A DNA stretch of 64,000 nucleotides, from positions 52,328,001 to 52,392,000 of the forward strand of contig OX597815.1 in NCBI GenBank assembly GCA_951406725.2, in the 5' to 3' direction. The position numbers and the translations under genes are program-made. Below are positions 1-11,902 of this stretch, one piece after another; position 1 is the first letter of the stretch, and each line of letters begins with the position of its first letter. The notes beneath the pieces were generated by a model. The model ran no database searches and was not told where the DNA came from. It was given only the letters and a program-made list of their open reading frames with translations. The stretch comes from Octopus vulgaris (taxonomy: Eukaryota).

Positions 1-249
1 GGTACACACACCATACACACATACATACAAATAGACATGTATACATGCATGTGCAAATACACACACACACACAAACATAAATATGTGGTTTTCTATAAAG
101 TTATATGTCTTGCAAACAACTTGCACATGCAAGTGCTACCAGTTAAAAGCTCTGTATACTGGAAGAAATATAAAATTTTCTTTCAAGCTATATATATATG
201 TTATATAATGTTATATATGTTGTATATGTTATATAATGTTATATATTTA

Positions 250-1605
250 ACATTAGACTGGTTCCAATCCTGTTCATGATCCCTGCAAAGGTGGAAGCAT
301 TTCTCTAGTCTGAAGGTGGAAGCATTTCTCTGGTCAGCAAATGGAAAATTCCATGTTTCTAACAGGAATTTTCTCTGATGAGGGCACTGATTAAACATCT
401 GTTTTTTAGAATTTAAAAAGTTCCCCAGGTCAAGTGAGTTTTCAGGATTCTTGCTCTTTCAGTCAAACAAAGCTTACAACATTTGCTCCCACTGAGGTAT
501 GGTCCCAGTTGTTTTAGGAGTGCCTCTAGTTTTGTATGGCGTACCTTCTTTTTTTAAAGGTCATACATAGCTGGCCAGGGATGTGATGTTATATCTCTCT
601 GGTATCCTAAAATGATGCTTGAATGGGCTGCCTGTAGAACCAACATATTTTTGTGATTGTGCCCTTGTGCTGGTGGTATTACAGCTGTTGTTGCTGCCAT
701 TATCATTGCCAATGCTGCTGTAACTGCTAGATTAATTGCCAGTGCTGCTGTTGCTGTTGTTGTTCTTGTTGTTGTTCTTGTTAAGCAACAAGATGGGTAA
801 GGGTGATTAGGTGATGGTCTAGGGCTTAGGGATGGGAGACCCCAGACCTTGGAAAAAAAAAACTTTGGTCGTCTTGTTGTAGTTGAGGGCTCATCACTGA
901 TGCCTGACACCACTGGGAGGTGACCCTCGAAGTCGCTGGAAATGGAGATCTCCAGGTCCAAATTCTTGAACGGCTGCTGCTGCTGCTGCCACTGGTACTG
1001 GTACTTGTTTCGCTGGTGTTGCTGCTGTTATTTCTGGATGTGATGCTGATGTTACAGTTGCAGCCAACAAAAGCCTCTGTTGCTGCTACTGTCAAATGTA
1101 TTTCTGGTGCTGTTGTTGCTGTTTCTATTGCTGCCATAGCTGCTGCTGCTACTTGACATGTTGCTAGTGTAATTACCACCACCTATACAATTGCTGTTGC
1201 TGCTGTTATTATTGCTGGATGTGTTGTTGCTGTCAATGCTAGCTACTGCTTCAGTCACTAGTGCCAGTCAACCTCAGAGTTGCATTGACCATTCACTGGG
1301 TACTCGCTGTTAACCCTACATGAGCATACTGCCTCAGGGCTTGGTTAAGGACTGTGCACTAATAATTTTTAACCCTGGTCACACAACTAAAAGAAATCCT
1401 GCAGTCGAGTGTATCAGACAAACACCTCTTTTTATGTGACTGTGTGAAGTGCTTGTCCACTAATCTGAGGAATACCCTTCCCACACAAGTCTTGACATTG
1501 AGAAGGATGGGGCATATGAAATAATTTCATGGTGATGCTTCCTTTTGTAGGTTTTAGAGTTAGGCATATAGGAGATGCGGTCCTTAAACCCTTAAACCCA
1601 CTGGA
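250..1605 (-). mobile_element. Decayed Penelope-like element, 3' part (linker + GIY-YIG endonuclease), probably Naiad-type
   Basis: Minus-strand frameshifted peptides in the expected order: VKTCVGRVFLRLVDKHF..ISFSC (1380-1500), CSCR..YPVNGQC (1280-1330), KYVGSTGSPFK (~620-650), GSKCCKLCLTERARIL (~445-490), LNSKKQMFNQCPHQRKFLL (~360-415). Clade assignment is from motif recall. Confidence 0.75.
665..1255. repeat. Imperfect (CTG/TTG)n trinucleotide low-complexity tract inside the PLE endonuclease
   Basis: Runs of gctgctgttgttgct. They explain the A/T/L/S-rich ORFs at 554-1258. Confidence 0.8.
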
Positions 1606-2167
1606 CACCAAATATATATACACGCACATACATACATGTATATATACACATGTATATGTATGTATATATATTTTAAGGCAGTGCTCCAGCATAGTCACAG
1701 TCAAATGACTGAAACAAATAAAAGAGTAAAAGAATATATATATATATCTATATATACATACATAATTGAAATCCTATATAAAAGACTTGAAGTAACATGT
1801 GATCCTGTTTTCTTTTTCTCTCTTTTTCACTTGTGTTATATATGTCAAACTTACCTTATGAATACATACACCAATATATTTTCAGTTTAACAATAATATG
1901 AAAGCATTTATTCTGTAGAAGCGCATTTTCATACTTTGATTTTCTTATGTATAAATACATAAAATAAACTATATTCTCCTTATGTTAAAAAAATTAAACT
2001 TATTTTAATGACACAAAAAATATAAATATATAAAAATTCATGTATTTTCAACCTTTTCCTCGCTATTTTCCTTTATATATATACATACATACATACCTAC
2101 ATACATACATATATATATAATTTTATCTTTTTATCTTTTTACTTGCATCAGTCATATATGTACATAT

Positions 2168-2220
<53 letters not shown>

Positions 2221-2223
<3 letters not shown>

Positions 2224-2578
2224 TCATCATCATCATCATCATCATCGTTTAATGTCCGTTTTCCGCGCTAGCACGGGTTGGACGGTTCGACCGGAATCTG
2301 GGAGCCAGGGGCTGTCCCAGGCTCCAGTCTGATCTGGCAGTGTTTCTACAGCTGGATGCCCTTCCTAACGCCAACCACTCCGCGAGTGTAGTGGGTGCTT
2401 TTACGTGCCACCTGCACAGGTGCCAGAGGGGTCTGGCATCGGCCACGTTCGGATGGTGCTTTTTATGTGCCACCGGCACAGAAGCCATTCGAGGCAGGGT
2501 TGGCATCGGTCACGTTCGGATGGTGCTTTTTATGTGTCACCGGCACAGGTATCACGACTACTGTTTCCATTGATATTT
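2221..2578 (-). mobile_element. RTE-type LINE 3' UTR fragment with (GAT)n tail
   Basis: (CAT)n followed by tttaatgtccgttttcc..gctagcacgggttggacgg. The same sequence forms the 3' end of RT-coding copies at 4643-5358, 19100-20110 and 60070-61058. Confidence 0.75.
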
Positions 2579-2581
2579 GGT

Positions 2582-2629
<48 letters not shown>

Positions 2630-2633
<4 letters not shown>

Positions 2634-3348
2634 AGTTAGTTAGTTAGTTAATTTGGCTCAAAAGCAAATAGCAAGGCCATGTAGGGGGACATGGAGTTAA
2701 GTACAGGGTGGTGTTCATGTAAAGAGTTCAGGCCACTTGAGGTCCAGGGAGGCTTTGAACAAAGCGGTCGTCGGCATCTTCACCATCTCATCTGGCAGCT
2801 TGTTCCACGGATCCGCAACCCGGACGGAGAAAGCTCCTCTCCTTCGATTGAGATGAAATCGTCGCAGGTAGAGCTTTTCGGAATGACCCCGCAGCCGACG
2901 CTCCGGAGCAGGAGTGAAGAACAGCTCTTTCGAGAGGTTACACTTCCCGCTTATGATGTTGTGGGCGAGAATGAGATCACCACGGCGGCGGCGTTTTTCA
3001 AGAGAATAAAGGTCGAGCGTCCTCAGCCTTTCTTCGTAGGACAAATTTTTGAGACCATGAACCAGGCGGGTAGCCAGCCTCTGGACTCTTTCGAGGTGCT
3101 GTATGTCTTTGAGGAGATAAGGAGGAGAGGCTTGAATCCCATACTCCAATATGGGTCTCACCAGCGTGACATAGAGTGGCAGGAATATGGCTGCTGTGAG
3201 CACTCCGAATGACCGTCGAATCAAAAACAGAATTCCGCGCGCTTTGTTGGCAGCACGGACGCACTGGGCCAAAGGCGAAAAGGAGGAATCCACCAAGATA
3301 CCCAGGTCCTTTACCTGATCGGTCCTCTCCAGCAGCAGACGACCCGGT
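2630..3348 (-). mobile_element. 5'-truncated CR1-clade LINE (RT C-terminus, 3' UTR, (TAAC)n tail)
   Basis: Open ORF 2715-3296: LYVTLVRPILEYG..LERVQRLATRLV..SYEERLRTLDLYSLEKRRRRGDLI..RGHS..FSVRVADPWNKLP. (GTTA)n at 2630-2650. Confidence 0.9.
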
Positions 3349-3367
3349 AGTATATATATATATATAC

Positions 3368-4183
3368 TACAAAATTTAGAAGAATGACCACTAAAGTGGA
3401 CACCCTATATGCTAAACATAGACGTCAAATCGCCATTACCATGAAGAATGTGTTCTCAAGAAAAAAATCTCAGCAAAACACCAAAATGTGAAAATGAGCA
3501 AGACAAATAAAAATATACGAAATAAAAAACGATTACCTACGTACCATTGGCTTCACTTGTTAATATCTACATATACATAACACGCAGACATCTGCATAAT
3601 CATCAGCGTAGTCTGTCGCTTACAAAACACAATTTCCAGAACTAGATACAGAACGCTCAACCGAAATCGAGTATGTATAAAGTTCTACAATTTATATTTA
3701 GGTAATGTCTTTCAAATGCCTTCACTTTGGCGCACTGAGGCTGGAAATTACTCTGCAGTTAATAAATTTCAGCAGCTAATTTACCGGTTAGAGAACATTT
3801 TTTAAATTTAAAATTAAATAATAAGGGTAGAAATTGATGTTAATCAATTAAAACCAGTGGCTTAGCATATTAACAAGTGTGTAGATATTAACAAGTGAAA
3901 CCAATGGTACGTAGGTAATCGTGTTTTATTTTGTATATTTTCATTTGTTTTGCTCATTTTTTTACAATTTGGTGGTTTGCTGAGATTTTTTTCTTGAGAA
4001 CACATTCTTCATGGTAATGGCGATTTGACGTCTATGTTTAGCATATAGGGTGTCCACTTTAATGGTCATTCCTCTAAATTTTGTATGTATAACAATTTTT
4101 AATCTTCGGAATTTTGAAATATGCTAAGCCATTGGTTTTAATTGATTAACATCAATTTCTACCTTTATTATTTAATTTTAATT
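3368..4183. mobile_element. Non-coding inverted/partial-tandem element with HHR-like motif
   Basis: 3368-3570 is the reverse complement of ~3881-4085, and 3811-3870 is the reverse complement of ~4118-4180. Flanked by (TA)n and (TATC)n. Confidence 0.7.
3537..3611 (-). ncRNA. Degenerate type I hammerhead ribozyme motif
   Basis: CTACG-CTGATGA-[long, poorly paired II]-GAAG-CCAATGG-TA-CGTAG. The inverted copy at 3897-3914 keeps GAAA. Confidence 0.5.
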
Positions 4184-4184
4184 A

Positions 4185-4219
<35 letters not shown>

Positions 4220-4239
4220 ATATGTACACACACACTCAC

Positions 4240-4633
4240 AGGTGCAGGAGTGGCTGTGTGGTAAGTAGCTGAACCTGGAACCATGTGGTTGGTAAGTAGC
4301 TTGCTTACTAACCACATGTGGTTAGTAAACAAGCTACTTACCAACCACATGGTTCTGGGTTCAGTTCCATTGTGTGGCATCTTGGGCAAGTGTCTTCTAC
4401 TATAGCCTCGGACCGATCAAAGCCTTGTGGGTGGATTTGGTTGACAGAAACTGAAAGAAGCCCATCGTGTGTGTGTGTGTGCATCTGCGCTTGTCCCTCT
4501 ACCATCACTTGACAATCGATTGAATAAGTACTAGGCTTACAAAGAATAAGTCCTGGGGTCGATTTGTTCGATTAAAAGCAGTGCTGCAGTATAGCCGCAG
4601 TGAAAAGTGTGAAAAAATAAAAGAATAAAAGAA
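4240..4633 (+). mobile_element. tRNA-derived SINE (octopus-type, CORE-like centre)
   Basis: A-box-like tggctgtgtgg, B-box-like ggttcagttcc, cttgggcaagtgtcttctac core, (TG)n, aaaagaat tail. More than 10 copies in the window. Confidence 0.8.
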
Positions 4634-4642
4634 TATATATAT

Positions 4643-5358
4643 ATCATCATCATTGTCGTCGTTTCACGTCTGCTTTCCATGCTGGCATGGGTTGGACAGT
4701 TTGACTGAGGACTGGCAAGCAAGAAGGCTGCACCAAGTTCCAATCTGATCTGGCAAGGTTTTTACAGCTGGATGCCTTTACTATTGCCAACCAGTTTGAG
4801 AGTGTAGTGGGTGCTTGTTACATGCCACCGGCACAAGGGCCAGTCAGGTGGTACTGGCATCAACCATGGTTGAATGGCGCCTTTTTACATGCCACTGACA
4901 CAGGAGCCAGTCAAGCAGCGCTGGCAATGGACATGCTTGAATGGTGCTTTTTACTGGCACACGACCAATCAGGCGGCACTGGCATCAACCATGCTCAAAT
5001 GGTGCATTTTACATGCCACTGACATAGATGCCAGTTAGGCGGTACTGGCATCAGTCACAACAATGACTTCACTTGACTCGACAGGTCTTTGCAAGGACAG
5101 TTTATTGCCAATGATTGAAGAGTACTCTTAAATGGGCCAGTTATGCTGCCCTGGCATATGCCACAGTTATAAAGGTCCTTTCAATCACAGTATATCTCCA
5201 AAGGTCTTGGTCACTCGTCATCACCTCCATGAGGCCCAGCGTTTGAAAGTCGTGCTTCACCACCTCATCCCAGGGCTTCCTGAGTCTACCCCTTCCACAG
5301 GTTCCTTCTACTGCTAGGGTGTGACACTTTTTCACTCAGCTGTCCTCATCCATACGCA
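4643..5358 (-). mobile_element. RTE-type LINE 3' end
   Basis: KKCHTLAVEGTCGRGRLRKPWDEVVKHD..GL..MTSDQDLWR followed by 3' UTR and (GAT)n tail. Confidence 0.8.
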
Positions 5359-5359
5359 A

Positions 5360-5925
5360 CACTGGTTTTCTCTCCGACCCTTCCCTATTCTTTTCCTCTC
5401 CCCTTCACCGTTCCCTCTCTCTTACTCCTCCTCCTCCTCCTCGATTCTCTCGTCGCTGACACGTGATCAGAGGGAAGCCATCCTTCCGACTGCTATCTTC
5501 ACCAAGACCAGACCAGCTTATTCTGTCTCTTTCATAAGCTGTCTCCTTAAGCGTTCAGAATAAATTTTCCATCATCTTGGCTTAACAGCCCTCATCGTTT
5601 TTTTAAAACTCTTTTGTTCTTATTGTTCTGTCTTTTACTGTTTTTACTGTTTTCTTCTTACTGTCCTGTTCTTGTTACCACTTTCCTCCTCCGCAAAAAT
5701 CCCAAATTTTATTTAATTTGCTTTGCGGGAAGAACTGTTTCAATGAAGTTGCATCTTGTCCTTACCTTCGAAACTTGGAGTAGATGAAACAGGGAAACTG
5801 AAGAAGGGGAATATTCCTTGCGTTGTATGTCTTGTTTCTGCCTTTTTCATTGTTTGAAAAAAAAACGTTCGCGTCTGTTTTTGTATTTATGTTTTTGTTT
5901 CTCATTGTGTTCAACGTTTTTTTAT
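5360..5925 (+). mobile_element. Truncated copy of pseudo-LTR family X
   Basis: Shares cttaacagccc, ccttcgaaac..gagtagatgaaac..actgaagaagggga and tttctcattgtgttc with 40556-41600 and 50455-51625. Confidence 0.7.
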
Positions 5926-6485
5926 GAATGTATATATATATATATATTCATATATATATGAATGTATATATGTATATATATGAATGTATATATACATATA
6001 TATGTATATATGCATATCCTTTTCCAAGTAAGTTTTATCTTATATATATATGTATTTAATATTAATATTAGGGAAGTTATTTCCGAGTCCACAGGGGAAA
6101 GAAGTTCAATTTAGTGGTACTAAAATGAATTACTCACTGTATTATATACATATAAATAGATATGTTTAAGAGACAGAATCACCCTCAAGCAACTCAATCA
6201 TCATTGAATGACATTATTCATAATATATACATATAGGACTAAATATTAAAATTATCAAAATTAACACCTACAATTCTTATTCCAAATTAACCTTCAATTC
6301 TTATTTCAAATCATGTATTTCACATTATAAAGACTATGTGTGTTTCATGATAACATATTTCTCGATATTGCTGAAATAGAATGTCTCTAAATACAATACC
6401 ATATTAAAATGATTATATTGCCAATCTTCTGATCTAGCTTATATGAACTTATTTTGCTATTTACATCCTATATAAAGACATGACA

Positions 6486-7513
6486 AACTAAAATTACATA
6501 ACTAGAAGTTGTTGGAATAATTTTACTTGAGTAAATAATGAACAGAAATGTGGAATGGTAAAAAGAAATGTTAACTTATCTGTATGGTAATTTTCTCTCC
6601 ATGAATTAAATATGGCTACCTGCAATCTTATAATCCAATGTTGAGAGCTACTTTGTAGGGGAGATAATTCTTATTAATATCTAAAAGTTCTTAAAAGGTA
6701 TTTTCTTTTATTTATAATAATAAATCAGGAGAAGCCAGAAGTGAATGTATGACAAGAATAGTCTTTTTTTCCTTGGTTAATTTATTTTATTTATATGTTA
6801 ACTTTGATAAATAATAAATTTCTAGGTCGGTAAATAAGTAAACTAAATTATTCAACATATAATTAAAAATATTTTGAAGTAAGTAAAAGTCAGTAAAAAT
6901 TAGTAAAAATTATAAAAATTTTATAATTATAATACAATTAATATATATTGATTATACTATTATTCTTAAAATTGACTTTATTCTTAAAATTGTGTTTCTA
7001 AATTAAGATTAAAAGTTTAAAATAATACCATGTAATATTATACTATTAATTTTTATTAAGAAACTAAAATATCTGAAATTAGAAGTTAATTAAATATGAT
7101 CTTACATTTATATATAAATAAGTAGATATATTCTACTTATACTAAATAGTAAAATATGATTATACCTTATATCTAAGCATTATGATTAAATTTTATTCGA
7201 TTTAAAATTAGGATTTTATTTATTTTCTAAAGAATCAAATGTTATGTCATCTTATTAAATAGGCAATTCAGTTTATGTTTACATTTAATTTTTCGTTCAT
7301 TCTGGATGTTGATCAGTCTTATTTATTCCCACAAATTCGTGTGTACACAGAAGACAGAATTAATTACGTATTCTATATGATTTCGTTTTACATATTATTT
7401 CCCATTTTAATTCATACTTACCATACAGATAAGTTAACATTTCTTTTTCTCCACATTTTTGTTCATTATTTACTAAAGTTATTATTCAGTACCGTTCTGA
7501 ATAATTTTTAGTT
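6486..7513. mobile_element. AT-rich element bounded by imperfect inverted repeats (MITE/foldback-like)
   Basis: 6530-6590 is approximately the reverse complement of 7418-7474, with weaker pairing extending to 6486/7513. Confidence 0.5.
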
Positions 7514-7519
7514 AAATGC

Positions 7520-7660
7520 ATCGACCCCAGTACTTTTTTTAAGCTTGATACTTTGTTCTATCGGTATTCTTTGCTGAACTGTTAAGTAATGGCGATATAA
7601 ACAAACCAACACTAGTTGTCAAGTGCTATTGAGGGACAAACACAGGCACAAAGAAACATA
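7520..7660 (-). mobile_element. SINE fragment (3' half)
   Basis: atcgaccccagtact..ctatcggtattctttgctgaac..gttgtcaag matches the SINE family. Confidence 0.65.
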
Positions 7661-7739
7661 GACATCTTTCTCTATATATACATATGTATGTATGTATGTA
7701 TGTATGTATCTATCTATCTGTATCTATATCTATACATGA

Positions 7740-8135
7740 TGATTGCTTCATCTTGAGAGATGATAGCTGTCCCGTCAACACACACACACCACACCCCATC
7801 ACACAGTACAATCACTCTGTTGATGAGCCCTTACATGACTTTTAAGACCAGCTGCTGACTGACAAGGTTTAAAAAACAAGTGACAGATATTATTCAAGTT
7901 TCTGCTATATCTTTGCCCTCTGGAATCTGATTCTAAAGGAATGTTTTTGTGAACTAGCATATGTCTTTTAAGTCCAGATATTGTCTTACAAGTGTTTTGA
8001 CATATGACATAAGTCGTAAGAGGTGGCTGGTGTCCAAAATTATTACCTATCTGGGCATTACGATTTTCATGTGACTTCATATGTTTCATGTATCCTGCTT
8101 TTGACAACAGAACACGTTCACATATGATACTTATC
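7740..8135 (-). mobile_element. LINE (RTE-like) ORF C-terminus with tandem C2H2 zinc-finger motifs
   Basis: ICERVLLSKAGYMKHMKSH, ICQNTCKTISGLKRHMLVH, CQSAAGLKSHVRAH, then a short UTR ending in ATC repeats. Resembles 54500-54835. Confidence 0.55.
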
Positions 8136-8260
8136 CAATATTCACTGCTGATTTCAGTTCCAATTGTTCCTTTGTGACAACAACAACAATAACAACACCG
8201 AAAAATACCTTAGGAATGAAAAAAAAAGCACAAAATAAACTAGCAAAAAATTACTGGATA

Positions 8261-8318
8261 ATTCCAGATCCCGGATTTCTGGCTTTGCATAAGAAATGCT
8301 TTGCCTTATCAGTGGAAT
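8261..8318 (-). ncRNA. Hammerhead ribozyme motif (G8 mutated)
   Basis: ATTCCA-CTGATAA-GGCaaaGCATttcttATGCaaaGCC-a-GAAA-TCCGGGA-TC-TGGAAT. Confidence 0.6.
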
Positions 8319-8659
8319 ATACGCAGAAAGTAACATAAATACACATATACATACATACAACATACGAATACTTACATATACGAACATATACATACATATA
8401 TATGCACGTATGCACACAACCAGTTTAAATTGCCCACCTGTAACTCTTCGTGTGATATGGTTATAACATATATAAATTTTAGATTTATTTTGTCATTGTA
8501 TTTACTGTGGTGATGTCTTAACTATATTGCACGAGGAGTTACAGGCAGGCAATGTAAACTGGTCGTGTGCATACATGCATATATATGTATTTATACATCC
8601 GTATATGTAAGTATTTGTATGTTGTATATGTATGTGTATTTATGTTACTTTCTGCGTAT

Positions 8660-8717
8660 ATTCCACTGATGAAGCAAAGCATTTCTTATGCAGAGTCAGA
8701 AACACTGGATCTGGAAT
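8660..8717 (+). ncRNA. Hammerhead ribozyme motif (stems II/III decayed)
   Basis: ATTCCA-CTGATGA-agcaaagcatttcttatgcagagtca-GAAA-cactgga-TC-TGGAAT. Confidence 0.55.
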
Positions 8718-8902
8718 TATCCAGTAATTTTTTTGCTATTTCCTTTTGTGTTTTTGTCTTCTCTCCTGGTGCTGTATGAACATTTAATGTGGTTTTAGAG
8801 TCAAGTTTTGGCTGCTATTTCCAGCATGGTGGTATCTCTTAGATACCATAAGTTATAATTTTATATATATATATATATATATAGATAGGTAGATAGATAG
8901 AC

Positions 8903-8957
<55 letters not shown>

Positions 8958-9494
8958 GTATATGTAAACAAAAGGATGTTAATATAATCAAGCAGGATCA
9001 TAATTCAGCTCTCTTGTGAACACCTTCTAACAATGTGTGTATAGATAGATGCTCCACCTTAAAGAAAACAATTCTTACAATGTGAACTTTCAAATGTGAT
9101 AAAGTTTGCAGAGTTTATTAGTCCAGTGGGATATTTATGGTATTGCATTCAATTCTTTAGTTATATAGGTTTCGACACTGCATGATACATATATTCTATG
9201 AATATAAATATGTATATAAATATAAATGATTTTGTAATAATTCAACATATTAAACCTAAACCATGTACATTTGAACTTTGTCTCATGAGATGTGCCTGGC
9301 TAAGATGTAATATGTTGTTTTATTACACAACCATTTATATTTATATTCATTTCTATATTCATGTATCATGTAGTGTCAAAACATATATAACTAAAAAGTG
9401 AAATGTAATACCACAAATTGCAGTCTTGGACTTCACACAGACAGACAGACTGAAACACACACACACACACATATATGTACACATACACACGTAT

Positions 9495-10205
9495 ATTTTT
9501 TCATTTACCTGCTTACAACCTGTGCTAACAGAATATAGATGTGGTTTTAGAGCCATTTGGCATCTATTTCTAGTGTGTCGGTGGGGTTTATTCGCACCTT
9601 TTAATATAATTATATTATATAATTATGAAATAGTATAAATTGTTTCCTGCAAGGCTTTTATCTAATGCAGGCCACTTGATAAAATCCTTAAAGTGGTTTT
9701 ATTTTTAATTTTATATAAAATACATATATTTTTGCTCTTGATCAAATTGCATTTGCTGTGAGATTATTTTGATAATAAAAACACGTGACTGAGATAAAAA
9801 AATTAGATTTTTACTAGTGTATATATGTAAATGTATGTATATAATCATGCAGATATGTTGTTCATATGGGTATATGTAAATAATTGTATCTATATATTGT
9901 ACTGAAGACAGCAAAGACTTTTACAACCCTAAACCAGAAATTGATCTACAATCAACCATCTTTTTTCAAAATAATACTATTCATTTTTCCATCTGTCCAC
10001 TTACAGCCAGTGCTAACAGAGTATAGATGTTGTTTTTAGAGCCATTTGGTGTCTATTTCTAGCGTATTGGTGGGGTTTATCCACACCCTTTAATATAATT
10101 ATTATATTGTATAATTATAAAATGGTATAAATTGTTACCTGCAAGGTTTTTATTTAATGCTGGCCATTTGAAAGAATCATTAAAGTGGTTTTATCCTTAA
10201 TTTTG
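9495..10205. repeat. Diverged direct duplication of ~210 bp (9495-9715 and 9985-10205)
   Basis: gtgctaacaga.tatagatgt..ttttagagccatttgg..tctatttctag..ggtggggttta..cctgcaagg occurs twice, ~490 bp apart. Confidence 0.8.
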
Positions 10206-10292
10206 AATAGTATATATATATGTATGTATATACACACATATATGCATATAAACACACACTCACACGCATACACACACACACACACCACATAC

Positions 10293-10470
10293 AGGTGCAG
10301 GAGTGGCTTATAGGTTCATGTATGACTGAGTGGTAAGAAGCTTGCTTCCCAAACACGTGGTTTCAGGTACAGTCTCACTTTGTGGCACCTTGTCTTCTTT
10401 TATAACCTTGGGGCAACCAAAGCCTTGTGAGTCGATTTGGTCAATGGAAACTGAAAGAAGCCTATTGTAA
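10293..10470 (+). mobile_element. tRNA-derived SINE 5' half
   Basis: ggtgcaggagtggc..ggtaagaagcttgcttccc..ccaaagccttgtgagt..ggaaactgaaagaagcc. Confidence 0.7.
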
Positions 10471-10796
10471 ATATATGTGTGTCTGCATGTTACTGTCTCA
10501 TTGTCTTTGTCTTTACTTCACATGACAGCTGTGAAACATAATCCAAGAGTCAACATAATCCAAGTTGTGTGCTACATTTACAATCTTCCATGGCAACATG
10601 TCTAGTCATAGGGAAATGTTAGCTTACTTGGAAACAGGTGAGGGCTGGTGACGGGAAGGGCATCTATCCATAATCAATCCATCTCAATAAATTCTGATGA
10701 CCCATGTGATTATAGATGTTAATGATGATGATTTGTGTGTGTGTGTATATATATATATATGTATAAAATATAAATTAGAGATAAAACCACTATCAT

Positions 10797-10840
<44 letters not shown>

Positions 10841-10844
<4 letters not shown>

Positions 10845-11730
10845 AAAAGTTCTCAGACTAGTTATGTTTAATAAAAAATAACTTATTTACTAAATTTCAC
10901 TATCATCTCCTTTGAAATAGACACATGGCACAGCAATACACTGGTCCCAGCATTCCTGCTACTTTTGGAATTTGGCCTGGAAGTCACTTTCCATAAGAAA
11001 GTCGAGGACCTTCTGTGATTCATTCTTAATCTTGTCAACAATGTTAAAACAGTGATCTTTTGAGCTGCATTTTCATCTTGGAGAAAAGACAGAAGTTTGT
11101 GGGTGCTAAATCTGGTGAACAAGGTGGGCACAGAAGCGATAACATTGTTTTGGATGAGAAACTCATGAGTGAGAAGAGCTCAGTGACGAAGTGCATTGTT
11201 ATCTTGAAGAATTCAAGATCTACAGATCTGGTTGCTTTTGCCAAATGTCCTCCCTCAAATGTTTCAAAAGTAGGGCTCTTGATTGATTGTCTGGCCCCAG
11301 AGGATGAATTCTCAATACACAATATGACATTTCAGTGAGTGACACTCATGGCAGGTCTTCTTGACTGTTCATCGTCTTCCAGGGATGTTCTTCCACTTTT
11401 GAAGCATTTTTGCCACTTGAAACATTGCATATGACTCATTGCCTTGATACTGTAAGCTTACTGAAGCATGCTCAATGTCTCTCTAGTAGACTTCCCAAGT
11501 TTGATTCAAAATTTCATGTTGGCTCTTTGCTCCTGCCCATGGCAAAATCGCTGACTACAGCATACACTGATCACAAAATCACAAATTTCACAACCTGTGA
11601 AGTAAACACAGCAATGTTACTTGGCATACTGCCTCATGAAGGTTACTGCTAGCTCCCACTGCATGCAAATGTGTGCTACCATCTGTGATGCTGCAACTGT
11701 GTTGGCACACTGCAACTACTGTGTTGATAC
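10841..11730 (-). mobile_element. Decayed mariner transposon
   Basis: PPCSPDLAPTNFCLFSKMKMQLK (YSPDLAPxD motif), HTH remnants near 11350-11520, TIR-like atcaaaaagttctcagact next to (TA)n. Confidence 0.8.
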
Positions 11731-11902
11731 CATCTCTTATATATATATATATATATATATTAAATAAAGATTTTGAAAATTAAAGGTGTCTATTTATTCC
11801 TGCATGTCTGTGTGTGTATGTATATATATATATATATATATATTCACTCTCTCTAAAGAGAGAGTAAAGAGTATATATATATATATATATATATAACACA
11901 CA

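Larger units (their letters stand above)
8190..8770. mobile_element. Palindromic non-coding element with an HHR motif in each arm
   Basis: ~8200-8465 is the reverse complement of ~8520-8770. HHR motifs at 8261-8318 (-) and 8660-8717 (+). Confidence 0.7.

Noticed and set aside
250-600. Selenocysteine recoding in the Naiad-like PLE
   Set aside because: The in-frame TGA (YV*PLK) falls at an expected Trp position, other stops and frameshifts are present, and no SECIS-like hairpin was seen.
2691-3212. 173-aa plus-strand ORF
   Set aside because: Antisense shadow of the CR1 RT frame.
4240-4400. tRNA genes at SINE heads
   Set aside because: Only A/B-box similarity, no full cloverleaf, and each continues into a SINE body.
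7799-8107. Host C2H2 zinc-finger gene
   Set aside because: No TGEKP linkers, degenerate cysteines and a LINE-like tail. More consistent with an RTE C-terminus, though a decayed ZNF fragment is not fully excluded.
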